Shown piece after piece: positions 1-12,060 of a stretch of 64,000 bases of DNA (its first letter is position 1; each line of letters begins with the position of its first letter). Under the pieces are notes generated by a model. The model made no database searches and had not been told where the DNA came from. It saw only the letters and a list, made by a program, of their open reading frames with translations. The position numbers were made by a program, and so were the translations under genes. The stretch comes from Lama guanicoe (taxonomy: Eukaryota), in contig MU054187.1 of the NCBI GenBank assembly GCA_013239625.1, positions 1,119,587 to 1,183,586 on the forward strand, read 5' to 3'.

Positions 1-112
1 GCCCCTCCTCTTCCCCTTTGGTAACTATAAGTGTGTTTTCTGTGTCCCTGAGTCTGTTTTGTGAACAGGTTCATCTGCATCATTGTTTAGATTCCACATG
101 TAAATAACATTA
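1..112 (-). mobile_element. L1 3' UTR fragment (cut by window start)
   Basis: Antisense L1 3'-UTR motifs 'cccctttggtaactataag...tctgttttgtgaacaggttcat...tagattccacatgtaa'. Confidence 0.75.
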
Positions 113-1647
113 TGTTTTAGAAAGATTGTTCTGGCTACCTTGCGAGGAAGTAATAGGAAGGGTGAGGCTGGAAACAGAGGACCGATGAGGAAACGGCTGG
201 TACGCTCCCGGCAGGGGCCACGGCTGCATGGGGGAGGGCAGCAGAAATCAGGACAGGAAGGTGCATTTGGACGCACTAATGATCAGATAATGGAGAGCAG
301 GGAGAAAGGGGAAGACAGCCCAGAGACTGTCTGGTAGAATGCAGGACCACTGCTTCCCTTCATAGGAAACTGACTTGTATGTGCCTCCGCAGGGATAGAT
401 GGGGCTCTGATTTCTTTGCTTATAAGATGGGACGGCAGTACATTTATTTAATACATGCTTATTGAGTGTCTATTATGTGCTAAACACGAACGTGCCAGGG
501 ATTCAAGCAGCTCGTAACTTCTAGCGTTGTGGTAAAGATTAAAGAGCTCTGCGGAAGCACGTGGCAAAATAAGGTCTTTAATACTGAATGTGAAAATTAG
601 ATCCCTGGGGTGCGAGGTCTCAGAGTCATTCACTGCGGAAGCGACGTACTCCCAAGGAGTCATGAAGCTCATCAAAACCCTAATTTTGCAGTGTTCATGT
701 AGGCACTGCAGACGCTTTGGGAAGAAGGGCAGTCGACTGGTGCACTGACTGCTGTTCAGAGCTCCCCCACAGCCGCATCACTGTACAGAAGCACTGATAC
801 TCCAGTCGTCAGAAAACGACAACTTTAAGAGAAATGAACGTGTTTGCTGGTTTCAGTGTTTGTAAAAGGAGAGAGTAGGATGAGGAACAGGTCTTGTGTG
901 GCTCTTGTGGCTCCTAGCAAGCCCACGTGTGCAAGAGCGAGGACGCGAGGCCGTCATACCCAGCTGCATAGTCTCTGCGGTTGATCCCCTCCTGCCGACA
1001 ACTTTAAGAGACCAGGTGTTAGGAGGACCTCGGTGTTAAGAAAGCCGAAGCGAGTCTTTCATCATATTCCTTCTACATGACGGAACGTCAGATTGCTGAG
1101 AGATTCCTGCGACAGGTTCCCCTCTGTCCTGTGGTCCCTTCCCTAGGCTGAAATGGTATAAAGGAGGGGGCTTCACTGAGGACGTGTCTTGCTCAGGGAC
1201 GGAGACACGGCCCAGATGCTCGCAGGTCAGAGCCGAGGGCGGGATGCTGAGGTCTGAGTGCGGATCCGGAAGGAGGGAGCTAGGGTGTAGGCTCTGGCTC
1301 GGGTGTGCGCTCCTCTCTAAGGGCATCTGCAAAATGAATGCTGAACGTGTTTTTTCATAACAGTGAAAATTCTCTTTGGATTTCTTTCGGTTGGCAAAAA
1401 CAGGCACTAATGTAGGTCTTTCCTAAAAATGATGTGGCATAAAGCAAGCTTTCAAAAATCTGGGGATTCTGCATTAATTCTTATGATGTTCGTGTAAAAA
1501 CTTTCTCTCAGAACAACATTTACCTCTTACACTGTCTGTGTTGTCTTGTTTTGGTACTTCCTAGGAAGTAGTGCTATCAAGGAAACCAGGGGAAGAGACA
1601 CTTTCAGTTTCTTTTTTTTTCCCTTAGCATTAGGGAAAAACCCTGCA

Positions 1648-2018
1648 GTTTTGAGCTAAATTGTAGCCCCCAACCCTAGCCCCAAATCCCCAGATTCGTA
1701 TGTTGAGGTCCCACCCACCAGTAGGTCAGAATGAAGACAGAGTTTCTGAAGAGGTACGTAAACCACAATGGGGTCATTGGGCGGCCCTGCCCAGTAGGAC
1801 CGGGTCCTTACAGGAGGAGGAGATCAGGACACGGCCACCCAGAGGGAAGGCCTCGTTCAGACGCGGAGAAGACCGCCACCTACAAGCCAAGGAGGGCGGC
1901 CCCCACAGAAACCAGCCCTGCAGGCACACTGACCTCCGAGCTCTGACCTCCTCAGCCAGAAGGAAACGACCTTCTGTTGTGAGCCACCCAGTCCGCGGTG
2001 CTTTGCTCTGGCGGCCCC
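1648..2018 (+). mobile_element. MaLR solo LTR, MLT1B-like
   Basis: Follows the MLT1B consensus as recalled: 'attcgtatgttgaggtcc', 'ggtccttacaggaggaggagat', 'ctacaagccaaggag', 'gccacccagtccgcggtgctttg'. Confidence 0.85.
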
Positions 2019-2772
2019 AATCCCTTCTTAGCTCCTGAAGCGTCTCTCCTGAAGGGCGGACGTAACAACTACATGAGTAGGTATTTCTCACTGACTGTGT
2101 GAAACAGCATGAGATGCTTCTGAAGCATAAAAATCATTATGAACTTTAAAGTATATGTTAGGCCAACAGATATCCAAAAACAAGATGCTCAGGGGCCTCA
2201 CGTGAATGCAACAGACACAGGAGCTTTCTTTTAACCATCTACTTGTAGATACTGATCCAGCTGCAAATCACTGGTTAATAAGGCAGAAAATTATCCCATT
2301 TACATGCCAACTTGCCTCCAGGGGGCTTCCCCTCCTTCCGTTTGTGCTGGGCAGTGGCGGAGAAAATTGTTGCCAAATTCCTGAAGAAATTGCCCTCTGC
2401 ATTTAAGCTTATTGTTAAAATTACAGTGTTCAGTTGAAGAAAGTATACAAGTGAGATTTATTCTTAAAGATGGGATTCAATACTTCATAGAATTTTCCAA
2501 GTATTTTCTTAGCCAAAGGGTTTATAACTGGATTGCAGCTTCTTCTTGCTGATACGTAGTTGCTTGCTCTGAACACATTATCTCATTTTCATGGCGTACA
2601 GTCTCATAAATGGTACCATAAAATAATTGCTCACCTACTGAGCCATCTACAGCCACACGTGAAAGCGCTCAGTATTGCTGTCACAGAGCAAGAGTCCAGC
2701 TGCTCGTGCTTGGAAGGCTAACGTTCATAAAGGAGACCATGTATTTAAGAAGTAAACTGGGCGTATGTTCTT

Positions 2773-3510
2773 CATTTTTCTTTATTGAAGTCTAGTCAAT
2801 TTACAGTGCTGTGCCAATTTCTGGTGTACAGCACAACAGTTCATACATGTACACATTTGTTTTCAAATTCTTTTGCATTATAGGTTAGTACAAGACATTG
2901 GAACATAGTTCCCTGTGCTACCATATTATACAGTATTTGTCTTGGTCTAACTTACTTCTCTTAAGATGACGATCTCTAGGTCCATCCATGTTGCTACAAA
3001 TGGCATTATTATATTCTTTTTATGGCTGAGTAGTATTCCATTGTGAAAATATACCACAGCTTCTTTATCCAGTCATCTGTCAATGGACATTTAGGCTGTT
3101 TCCATGTCTTGGCTACTGTAAATAGTGCTGCTATGAACACTGGGGTGCAGGTGTCTTTTTAAATTAAAGTTCTATCTGGATATATGCCCAAGAGTGGGAT
3201 TGCTGGATCATATTCTAAGTCTATTTTCAGTTTATTGGGGAATCTCCATACTGTCCTCCATAGTGGCTGCACCAAACTGCATTCCCACCAACAGTGTAGG
3301 AGTCCCCTTTTCTCCACACCCTCTCCAGCATTTATCATTTATGGACTTTTTAACGATGTCCATTCTGTCTGGTGTGAGGTGAGACTTCTTTGTAGTTTTG
3401 ATTTGCATTTCTCTGATAATTAGTGATATTGAGCATTTTTTCATGTGCCTGTTGGCCATTTGTATGTCTTCACTGGAGAATTGCTTGTTTAGGTCTTCTG
3501 CCCAATTTTT
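2773..3510 (-). mobile_element. 5'-truncated L1 (ORF2 C-terminus + 3' UTR) with target-site duplication
   Basis: ORF 3232..3561(-) encodes the L1 ORF2 C-terminus ([38 protein letters not shown]...[10 protein letters not shown]). T-rich tail at about 2775. TATGTTCTT flanks it at 2764-2772 and 3516-3524. Confidence 0.95.
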
Positions 3511-4489
3511 GAACATATGTTCTTTTAATGTCAGGAACTCAGTAATCAATTTCTTCCTCAAAGTGTGAAATTCAGTCTTAACTAAGAACCTAAGCCCCCA
3601 TTTGAAGCAATTACATGTGAAGTTCTAAATATAGTTATCCCTATCTCTTGTTTTTTTCCATCCTCAAAACAGCCTCAAATGGCTTAATCGCTACATGAAA
3701 ATGCATTAACTAAACTGAGGGAGAAGGTTAATTTGGTTCAGTATCATTATCCTTTATTCTTTGTTTCCTTAAATAAGCATCAAGTTTTTTTTTCTTTCTT
3801 TATCACTGTGTGTCACATAGTAATCACTCAAGTATTTAATTAGTGTCTCCAAAGTTTAAGTATGTAGTATTAGAAAATAAGTTTTTCAGTGAAAAGCACA
3901 GAAAATACAAAGTTTTTTGGTTTCACTGAGACAAGTGCTGTGTTATGCTGTGGAATCACTCCCTGAACTCGGTGCTATGCTGGTGCCGTGGGAAGAGATA
4001 AGCCGTCCACTCAGACTCGAGGCTGGTCTGATAGAAGGGTGTCCCGGGTGATGAGCCTCATCCTTGGCGCACACCGTGCCGGCACTACGAGCCTGGGGCA
4101 AGGGTGTGGGCACCCTTGTTGGCCCACAAGATGCCCATCCTGCGACAGCCTGGGAAACCGAGCTGGGAGCTCCGTGCCCACCGCACACGTGCTGTGTTCC
4201 CCATGCAGCCTGTATGCTCGGAGCTCTTGCCACCCCGGTGCCCGTTGGTGGCGCTGAGTGTCAGGCAGAAGGGTGCTAGGTCAGGCATGGTGTGCCCCGT
4301 GACCATCACAGTGCTGACTGCCCGACCTCCAGTGTATCAGTACCCAGCACGTGGCTGGCTCACTGCTGTCATGTGGGGACCACGTGTGGGGGTCCCTGGA
4401 AGGAAAGAGGCATGTTGGTGCTGGGAGAATGAAAGTGTTTCATGGGGGGAGTAACATACTAGCTTCCCCCAAGACAAGGAACTGTGGCA

Positions 4490-4840
4490 CAGGCTTTAGT
4501 GTCAGACAAACCCAAGCTGACTCGCAGCTATGCCCATCCATAGCTGCCGTATTGGCCAAGTCACTGACGATCTCTGGGTCCCCACTTCCTGATCTGTGAA
4601 ATGGGGCTCTACTCATAGAGTTGTGAGAATGAGATGAGACACTGTACATACAACATTCAAAAACGTGGCTCTGATGTTAGGTTTGATTTTGAATCCATTT
4701 CCTCCAGCTACTAGTTAGTAACCTTGGACAGATTATGTAAAGGCTCAGTGCCCAGGAGTTTTCTGTATGTAAGTGGAAGACAGTTGGGGTTTATAGTGAA
4801 TGAGCACATTCAAGTAAATATGTTTAGCAACATTCTGGCA
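4490..4840 (+). mobile_element. Two adjacent MIR SINE remnants
   Basis: MIR core-like 'ggccaagtcact...cttcctgatctgtgaaatgggg...gttgtgagaatgagatgag' and 'accttggacagattat...ctgtatgtaagtgg'. Confidence 0.6.
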
Positions 4841-6229
4841 CTTTGCTGCCACCCTTTGAACTCTGTTGTGTGAGCATCTGATGGCTGGTGCCACAGCAGC
4901 CCCTTTGGGTCAGTACATCTAAGGACAAGTGGTCACGTGCTGTAGAGGGTGCAGTGATGGGCAGTACTAGAAGGCAGGAACATTCAGGGGTCCCGGGTTA
5001 GAGTTCCAGGGGGAGTGTGAGATCACAATGATCTTACAGGGTTAATGAGTAAAATTAAAAGTAGAAACATCAGACTTCATCATCTCGAGTGACAGGCAGG
5101 GCTCAGGTACAGCAGGGGTCAGTGTAGGCCGTCTGCATCCAATGGCTCTTCTGGTCCTGGGCAAGGAGGGAAGGATCCGGAAAGGAACAAGAGTCTCTGA
5201 GGTTCCTCCGGCTCAAATCCTGTCACCACTGACGTGTCCCAGGCCTGGCCACTGTCCCGTGATATCTGCAGGGTCCAGACCTGGGTCATACTTGATTGAA
5301 ACATTCAAGATATCTGAGCTTTCTATCACTTTTAATGCTATTTTGATTAGTTTTTAATAATGCTTCATAACAAAATGCCCAAACCTAATGTCTTTCTGTT
5401 TCCAACGTTACCTCACCCTGTGAACTCTATGGCTAAAAAGTATGCTATTGAGACGTGTTCTCTTCAGTAAAGAAAGTGTTGTCTCCATTTATTAAGTATG
5501 TGATGTAGGTCTGACTGTTTTGATTGTCTGACTGTGACTGCATCTGTGGGCCACCAGCCCTGTGTCTGAGCACTGCTTCTGATGGAGTCACTTTTAACTC
5601 CTTAGATGGCTCGCAGACCTGTGCTCATCATTACCATGCTAGACTGGCCCTTGGATGGGGAGAAAGCCTAAAGAAATGTCCTTACTGGAAAAAAATGTGA
5701 GGGATCAACTTTAAATCATTAGAACTGGATGGCACGCATGTGAAGTCTCCAGTGTGGAACTCTGATCACCCTCAAATGAGGAAGCACAGCTCACAAAACC
5801 AGCTAACATCCTGGGGAGGAAAGACTGACGGAGGGAGACTGTTTGCTTGCCTTAGTACCTGTGCCGGTGCGTTCATTCTCTCCCTCCACTGCTGACAGTG
5901 AGGGGGAGCGGGCAGGACGCACACCGTGCTCACCGCACGTGAGTCCATGCCTGGGGCGGAGGGGCCAGCCAGGAAGCACCTGGGTCTCACTCACAGCAAG
6001 AGCTTCTGTCTTTAGAGATGAGCCTGTAGAAAGAGGTTGTGGACATTTAAAAAGAGATTACTTTACATAACTAAAAGCCCTTTAGAAGGTCGCATTCATC
6101 CATGCCCGTAGCAAAGGTGCTAAAATTCACGGGTCCAGAGCAATAATAATTAGTACTTGTAATCTTTCAAAAACCCCTACACAAATGAACATTGAAATAA
6201 ATGAATGACTATTGCTCCCAGAGCTTTAT

Positions 6230-6420
6230 CCTAAGTTCACACTCCAATACCACGACTTAATAGTGCTATGACATTGGACAAGTTAAATTTTTTGTTTCTC
6301 CTACAAAGTGAAGAAAATAATTAAACCTGCCTTATGGAGTGTTGAAGCGTAAATGAGGAAATGCGCTCAGGTTCTTGCAATGCCCAGCTCATAGCCAGTT
6401 TTCGATAAATGTTAGTTCTA
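6230..6420 (+). mobile_element. MIR SINE
   Basis: 'tatgacattggacaagtta...acctgccttatggagtgttgaagcgtaaatgag...gataaatgttag' follows the MIR consensus order. Confidence 0.65.
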
Positions 6421-6769
6421 ATTAAAATTACTCAAACTTAAATAGCATTTTCTCCGTTCTGTCTATGTGCTCATCCCATGCTTTGGAGAACTCACAGTTT
6501 TATCTCTGTAGCATCATGCCATCATAACTTGCAAATACACACCACATTCATGTCTCAGGCTAGTAACTTGTGGCTGCACGTCCATTGACCTCTCATGCTT
6601 GGTTGTGCCAGGCCAGACAGATAATGACGCTACTAAGATACCCAGCGAGATGAAGTGTTCACATGAGTAATAGTAAGAATCAGGGTACCCCTTCCTGGAG
6701 CTGAGCACGGCAGACAACTTTATTCTCTGAAATCACACATTCCTTAACCTACACCATTAAGCTTATGCA

Positions 6770-6905
6770 TGCGACGAGTGTTTACTAAGTGCCTACTGTG
6801 TACCCGGCACTGAGCCAGGAGCGTCACAGAGCAGGGAGCGTCGTGCTAAGAGAGGCAAAGGTGGTGAAGGCAGTCCCCATGTCAGGGGTTTACAGTCTTG
6901 GCTTT
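6770..6905 (-). mobile_element. L2 3' end fragment (probably resumes at about 8240-8390 after the MLT1 insertion)
   Basis: 'tttactaagtgcctactgtgtacccggcactgagccagg...gtttacagtct' is typical antisense L2 3' end. Confidence 0.6.
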
Positions 6906-6933
6906 TCTGCCCACACGGAAGACGGGGAGCAAG

Positions 6934-8219
6934 CGTACTGATCTGCCTGGGGACTATAACAAAACACCGTGGGCTGCTGGGGGTTGGGGGGTGCTTAGAC
7001 AATAAAAATGTATTTTTCACAGTTCTGGGGGCTTTGAGGATGCTGTGTGGGCCAGGCCTCCAAGTCTGCGGCTCTGCCCTTGGGTCACTCTCCCTTCACT
7101 TTGTCTCACTCGTCTCTCTTTCATTCACGCTAGCAGCGTCTCTACTGGTAAAAACTCTTGGAAACCTTGTCGGCCGTTGACGAGCAGGTCCTGTCAGATC
7201 AGTCCTGGATCAGGCGTCTCCACCGCCGGCTTCTGGGCAGACGTGTGCCTGGATCCCTGAGTCACACACGTCATCTCTTTTGTCAGCAGCCGTCCCGCCA
7301 CGCGCCTGGCTCCACCTCTAGCGCACACTGTCTGGATAGGCTGAGAATTGTCCAAATCACCACGTGCCAGCTTCTTAGTCCGTAACAGTTATTTCCTCAA
7401 CATATCTCTTTTCTATCACGTTTTACTATAAACACCCAGGAGGAAACAGGCTGCCCCTTTTCCTCTTCGCTTGGAGGTCTCAGCTGAACTATCAGGTTCA
7501 CTGCTTCCAAGTTCTGCCATCCTCCCACCTGCACAGCACAGTTCAGCCAAGCGCCCCGGCACCTGACGACAGGTAACGACTTACCTCGCCTGTCTAATAA
7601 CGTGAGCACCATTTCCTTCTGATGTCTCAAAGGAAGCACCTTAAATGTCTGTATTTCTAACATCTCTTCTGAACAGTTCCGGCTCTTTCTGTTAAGCATG
7701 TCACAGTTCTCCCAGCCTCTACCCATTACCCAGTTCCAAAACCATTTCCACACTTTCTGGGACTTGTTAAAGCAGCACCGCACTTTCCAGTGCCACAATC
7801 TGCATCAGTTTCCTCGAGTTGCAGTTACAAATTACCACAACCTGAGGAGAACAACAGAAACTTATCCTCTTAAAGTTCTGGAGGCTTGAAGTCCAAGATT
7901 TCAAGAGGGGCAGGCTCCCTCTGAGACTCTGGGTGTCAGAATCCGTCCTTGCCCCTTCCCAGCTTCAGTGGTGGCTGTGCAGCCTTAGCTTAAAGCTGTG
8001 TCACCCAGTTTCTGCTCCATTGTCACGTGGCCTTTTCCCAGTGTCTCTTCTCCTCCTATGAGGACACCAGTCAGGGTGGATTAAGGGCTGTCTCCACTCC
8101 ACCATGACTTTATCTTAGCTAATCACATCTGCAGTGACCATCCAAGTAAGGCCCCATTCTGAGGCACTGTTGTTAGGACTTTATCATGTCTTCTTGGAGA
8201 ACACAATTCAACCCATGGA
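6934..8219 (-). mobile_element. Internally deleted MaLR element: LTR end + MLT1-int fragment + complete MLT1 LTR (about 7801-8219)
   Basis: LTR end 'ctataacaaaacacc...tatttttcacagttctggggg'; MLT-int-like 'ccagttccaaaaccatttccaca...gcagcaccgcactttccagtgcc'; LTR 'ttacaaattaccacaa...gttctggaggcttgaagtccaagat...acacaattcaacccat'. Confidence 0.8.
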
Positions 8220-8573
8220 AAGAGCCATCACTATAATTAACGCAGAGGAAGCTCTGAGAGCAAAGAAAAGGGGCAGCTGTTCCGCAGCAGGATGTTCAGG
8301 AAGACCTTCCTCGTGGAGGTGGTGCTTGAAGGGGCTCCGCCACTGCGCAGGAGTTAACTAAGGCCAGTGTGAAGGAAATGGATGTTTTTCCAAGGTTCAG
8401 TCGATTATGTAAAATACATGAAACTCAGCCTGTGCTGACGATGGTGGATGGATATCCTGGTATCTTTCAGAGAAGGTGAGCTCCTTGAGCTGATGAGAAC
8501 CTGTGAAGTCTTCACGACAGTTACTGTGATGCAGGATATGGCTGAACCAGTGGAAGTGAGTGAGTGCCGCGGG

Positions 8574-8786
8574 GTCGCCAGCTACGCAAGCTAGTAGGAG
8601 GGGAGGGAGCGCAGGACCTGGAGGTCACCAGCTACGCACAGCTAGTAGGAGGGGAGGGACAGCAGGACCTGGAGGTCACCAGCTACTCACAGCTAGTAGG
8701 AGGGGAGGGACAGCAGGACCTGAAGGTCGCCAGCTATGCACAGCTAGTAGGAGGGGAGGGAGCGCAGGACCTGGAGGTCGCCAGCT
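8574..8786. repeat. Minisatellite, 51-bp unit, about 4.2 copies
   Basis: Unit GTCACCAGCTACGCACAGCTAGTAGGAGGGGAGGGACAGCAGGACCTGGAG starts at 8574 (50-bp variant), 8624, 8675, 8726 and 8777 (partial). Confidence 0.97.
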
Positions 8787-11009
8787 CCCGTGGAGAGGTC
8801 GCAGGAAGAGCAGACTCCCAGTGGGGCTCAGAATGTCAGATGGGAAAAGACAGTGGACAGCCGTGCTGACCAAGGAGATGGTGGGTCATGACGTGAACAG
8901 AGAGTAAGCAAGAGAAGGGTGTGCATGTGTCCGCTGGATCCAGTAAGTGACCCATGGGAAAGAAGTTCCCCTGGAATTTGGGGAAAATGTCATCAGCAGG
9001 TGTAGACAACAATTTCAAGTGTTGTTGCTGTGGTGGGAGGAGAGAAAGAATGATGGCCACGGGGACCTCAATGGGCAGTGTATTCCTTTATCTGTTTTTA
9101 AAAATGACAGACACTGAGGTATGTGTGCTTAAGGAGGAAAAACAGGTAAGGTTAAATTAAAGTTAACAGAAGGAGAGGGAATATATGAGTAATTTACTGG
9201 ATGTGGTTCCCGGAAGAGTTAAGATTCAGAGCATAGATGGAAGGACTCACTTCGGACAGGAGACTAGAATTACCCAAAATTACTATAAAACGGAATCCAG
9301 CTTTGATGAGATTCTTTCAGTGGTTGTCAGAGTAATTTTAGGTCTCTTTCATGTTCTTTACAATGAAAAAAAGATCAAAGAAACAGAAACTGTAGCATAG
9401 ATCTGATCTTGAATTGGCTGTTTTCTGTGATCTCAATGAGAAATAGCTCCACGGGTCTAACTCTGTCAAACAGGGAGTCAGCCTGGAAATGAACATTTCT
9501 GGGACTCAAGTCTGCTCTGCTGTGAGATAGGAAAAGCTAATCTCTTGCGAAGTGTGACCCCAGTCAATGAGAAACAGTCTCAAAGTGACAATCTTATTCA
9601 TGGTTATTCACTCCCCTTACCGAGACTCTGTCCTCAAAGCTTTCTGAAAGAAATCTGGTTTTATTTTAACCTATGTGCATTAAAAATTAAATTCTATTTT
9701 ATATTAGAATCCTGGCAGTTCTTAAATAACATTCCATCATATGGTAATAAATAAATAGGTAAATCAGTAGTTTAGGTTTCACGGAAAAGAACACAGCTGA
9801 AGAGCTGTCATCTTCCTGTATGTTTATTTTCATTTTTGTGTTTGTCATTGTTTGAATTGACATATTGGTTTTTCCTGTGTGTTTGCCAACAGAGAAAATT
9901 GTTCCTAGCTGCTATGAATATGCAGCAGAGATTAAGAAGATCAGTGGGAAGCAAGAACCATTTTCCTGTTTTTCACATGTCTCCATGGATTTATGATGTT
10001 TCCTCATTAAGTTTTACAGTCTTTCAGAATTTTCTTTGGCTTTCTTTATAGTGCCCCTGTTTAGACAAAAGAAACATATAAAACAAAATATGGAATACTA
10101 AGAAAAGAGATTCTTTCCATCCTGTTAAAAGTAGAACTATCTCCAAATCGCCAGTCATCTTTAATTGTGAAATGCAGTAGCTAATTTCCAAATGTTTCAA
10201 TTATAGAAATTAAATTATATTAAGTTAAATAAAATTATTTCAATTAAATAAATGGTTTTTTTCTTTAAACCATTTGATTAAAAAAATAGTCTCTTGAACC
10301 ACAGATCCACCACCTTGGTCAATTTTCCTAAGTTTTTTTTTTAATCACTATTTGACACTTCTTTCTTTATGTGCTCTTCCAAGGGCGGAATTCTCCTTTG
10401 TAACCTATGTATTCTGTGGGAATTACTTCATAAAACTGCGCACAGTTTCAACTCCTACCCTTCCTCCTCCCTCATTTCCCTCCATTCTTGCCCCCTCATT
10501 AAACTCCACATCCAAATTTCCATTTGCTTACTGCAGCATTGATTTGATATTTGTTGATATTATCTTAGTTCCGGGCTGAGAAGGTCTCAGAGACAAATGA
10601 GACTTACCCCATCACTCAGTGATCAATCAAGAGCCCCCCGGGACTGACCCTAGAGGGTACAGCTTTGTGGTGCAGAGGTTGTGGCTAGTGTACCTCAATG
10701 AGGAAGGGGCCGGAAGCATCCTTAAACCAGCACATTGGAACTGTCTGGGGAATGGAGTAGGTTTTCACCCAGAAGAGGAGGGCACAGAGCATCCGGGGCT
10801 TTGGAAAGGGATACAGGAGAGCAGCCTCAGATGCAGCACATTTGGGGAAAAAAATACCTGCTTCGGAATGACTTCAGTTTCAGCAGAACAGTCACCATGG
10901 AGGCCCCTCCAGGACTCTCTGGGAAGCAGAAACAGCCCCTCCTGCAGTGTTAGTGTCCTGTACTTGGAGGTCCCCCGGCAGCCTGGGAGGGGATTAGGCT
11001 GGGACCACA

Positions 11010-12060
11010 GCGAGATGCGTCACACGGCCGCTGCAGTCACGGAGTCAGAGAGAAGAGGAGCGCGCAGCAGACGCTGTTTTCACTCCGCCCACGCATCCTT
11101 ACTGCAGTATCAGTGACTAGCCCTGTGTCCCCATCGCCCAGCCCCGACGTCACGGCATCTCAGCATCGCCGTGGACTCCCCGTCGTCCATGCAGCAGCCG
11201 TCTGTGTGGTGGTTGTATGTTCCAGGTGTGGTGTGGAAACACGGCAGTAAACGAAACGGAGGCTGCGCTGGGGGGGTCTCCCAGCGGGGGAGGACAGGCA
11301 CTAATTAAGCAAACGCGAGACGAGGTGAGGAGATGGAGGTCGCGGCGGTAGGAGGCGGACCTGCCCTTCCACGTGGGGCGGCCGGGGGCTCACGGAGGGG
11401 GCGTGGCCCAGGGGCCTGGAGGGGGGTGGGCAGCCCATGGGGCATGGGGGTCAGGGACAGGGCTCTGCATCCGCTCTGAGCGCCGTCCACACCGGCTGCA
11501 CTGGACACGCCGCGGCTGGACAGGTCACCCTGGACGTGACAGTGCAGAGAGGGGCGCTCTGAGGCCTGTGGCTCCGAGCCTTCCAAACTGCATGGACTGG
11601 AGTGTCGAGTCCGAACCGACCGAAGAACCAAAAAGCATCTCCGGTGAGGAAGGACAAAGCCAAGAGCAGGGAGCGCCTGCGTCCGGGAAGCATGTGTCCA
11701 GAGCCCGGGCCTCTGTGGCGGGGTCGCCCAGTCACGGGACACAGACTCCGCGACTCCCGTGAGCGGCCCGAGCCAGGAATCGGGGCGCAGCGTTGCAGGC
11801 TCTCTGTGTTCAGGACTCGGAGGCTGGAATCACGGGGCGACGACGGCTGCATCCCACCGAGCGGCTCGGCGGGGAAGCATCCGCTCCCAGGTCCGCCTGT
11901 CCTGTGAACCCGCATTCCCGCAGCACTGGGACTGAGCGTCTCAGCCTTGCTCTGCTGTGAGCGGGGTACCTCCCTTCCCAGGCTCCTCTCCACGCGGCCT
12001 CCTCCAGCGTGGCCTCTCATGTCGTCCGCCTGCGAGGAGGGCCTCCAGCTTCAGGGTGCA
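11010..12060. promoter_or_regulatory. CpG-rich, GC-rich patch (CpG-island-like)
   Basis: Visibly high GC with many retained CpGs compared with the AT-rich flanks; dense G-tracts at 11375-11456. Confidence 0.5.

Noticed and set aside
8560..8907. Repeat-protein ORFs
   Set aside because: Explained by a stop-poor 51-bp minisatellite; no splice or homology support.
9270..9360. Minus-strand exon-like segment (EHERDLKLL*QPLKESHQSWIPFYSNF)
   Set aside because: Isolated, contains a stop, and has no partner exons on that strand.
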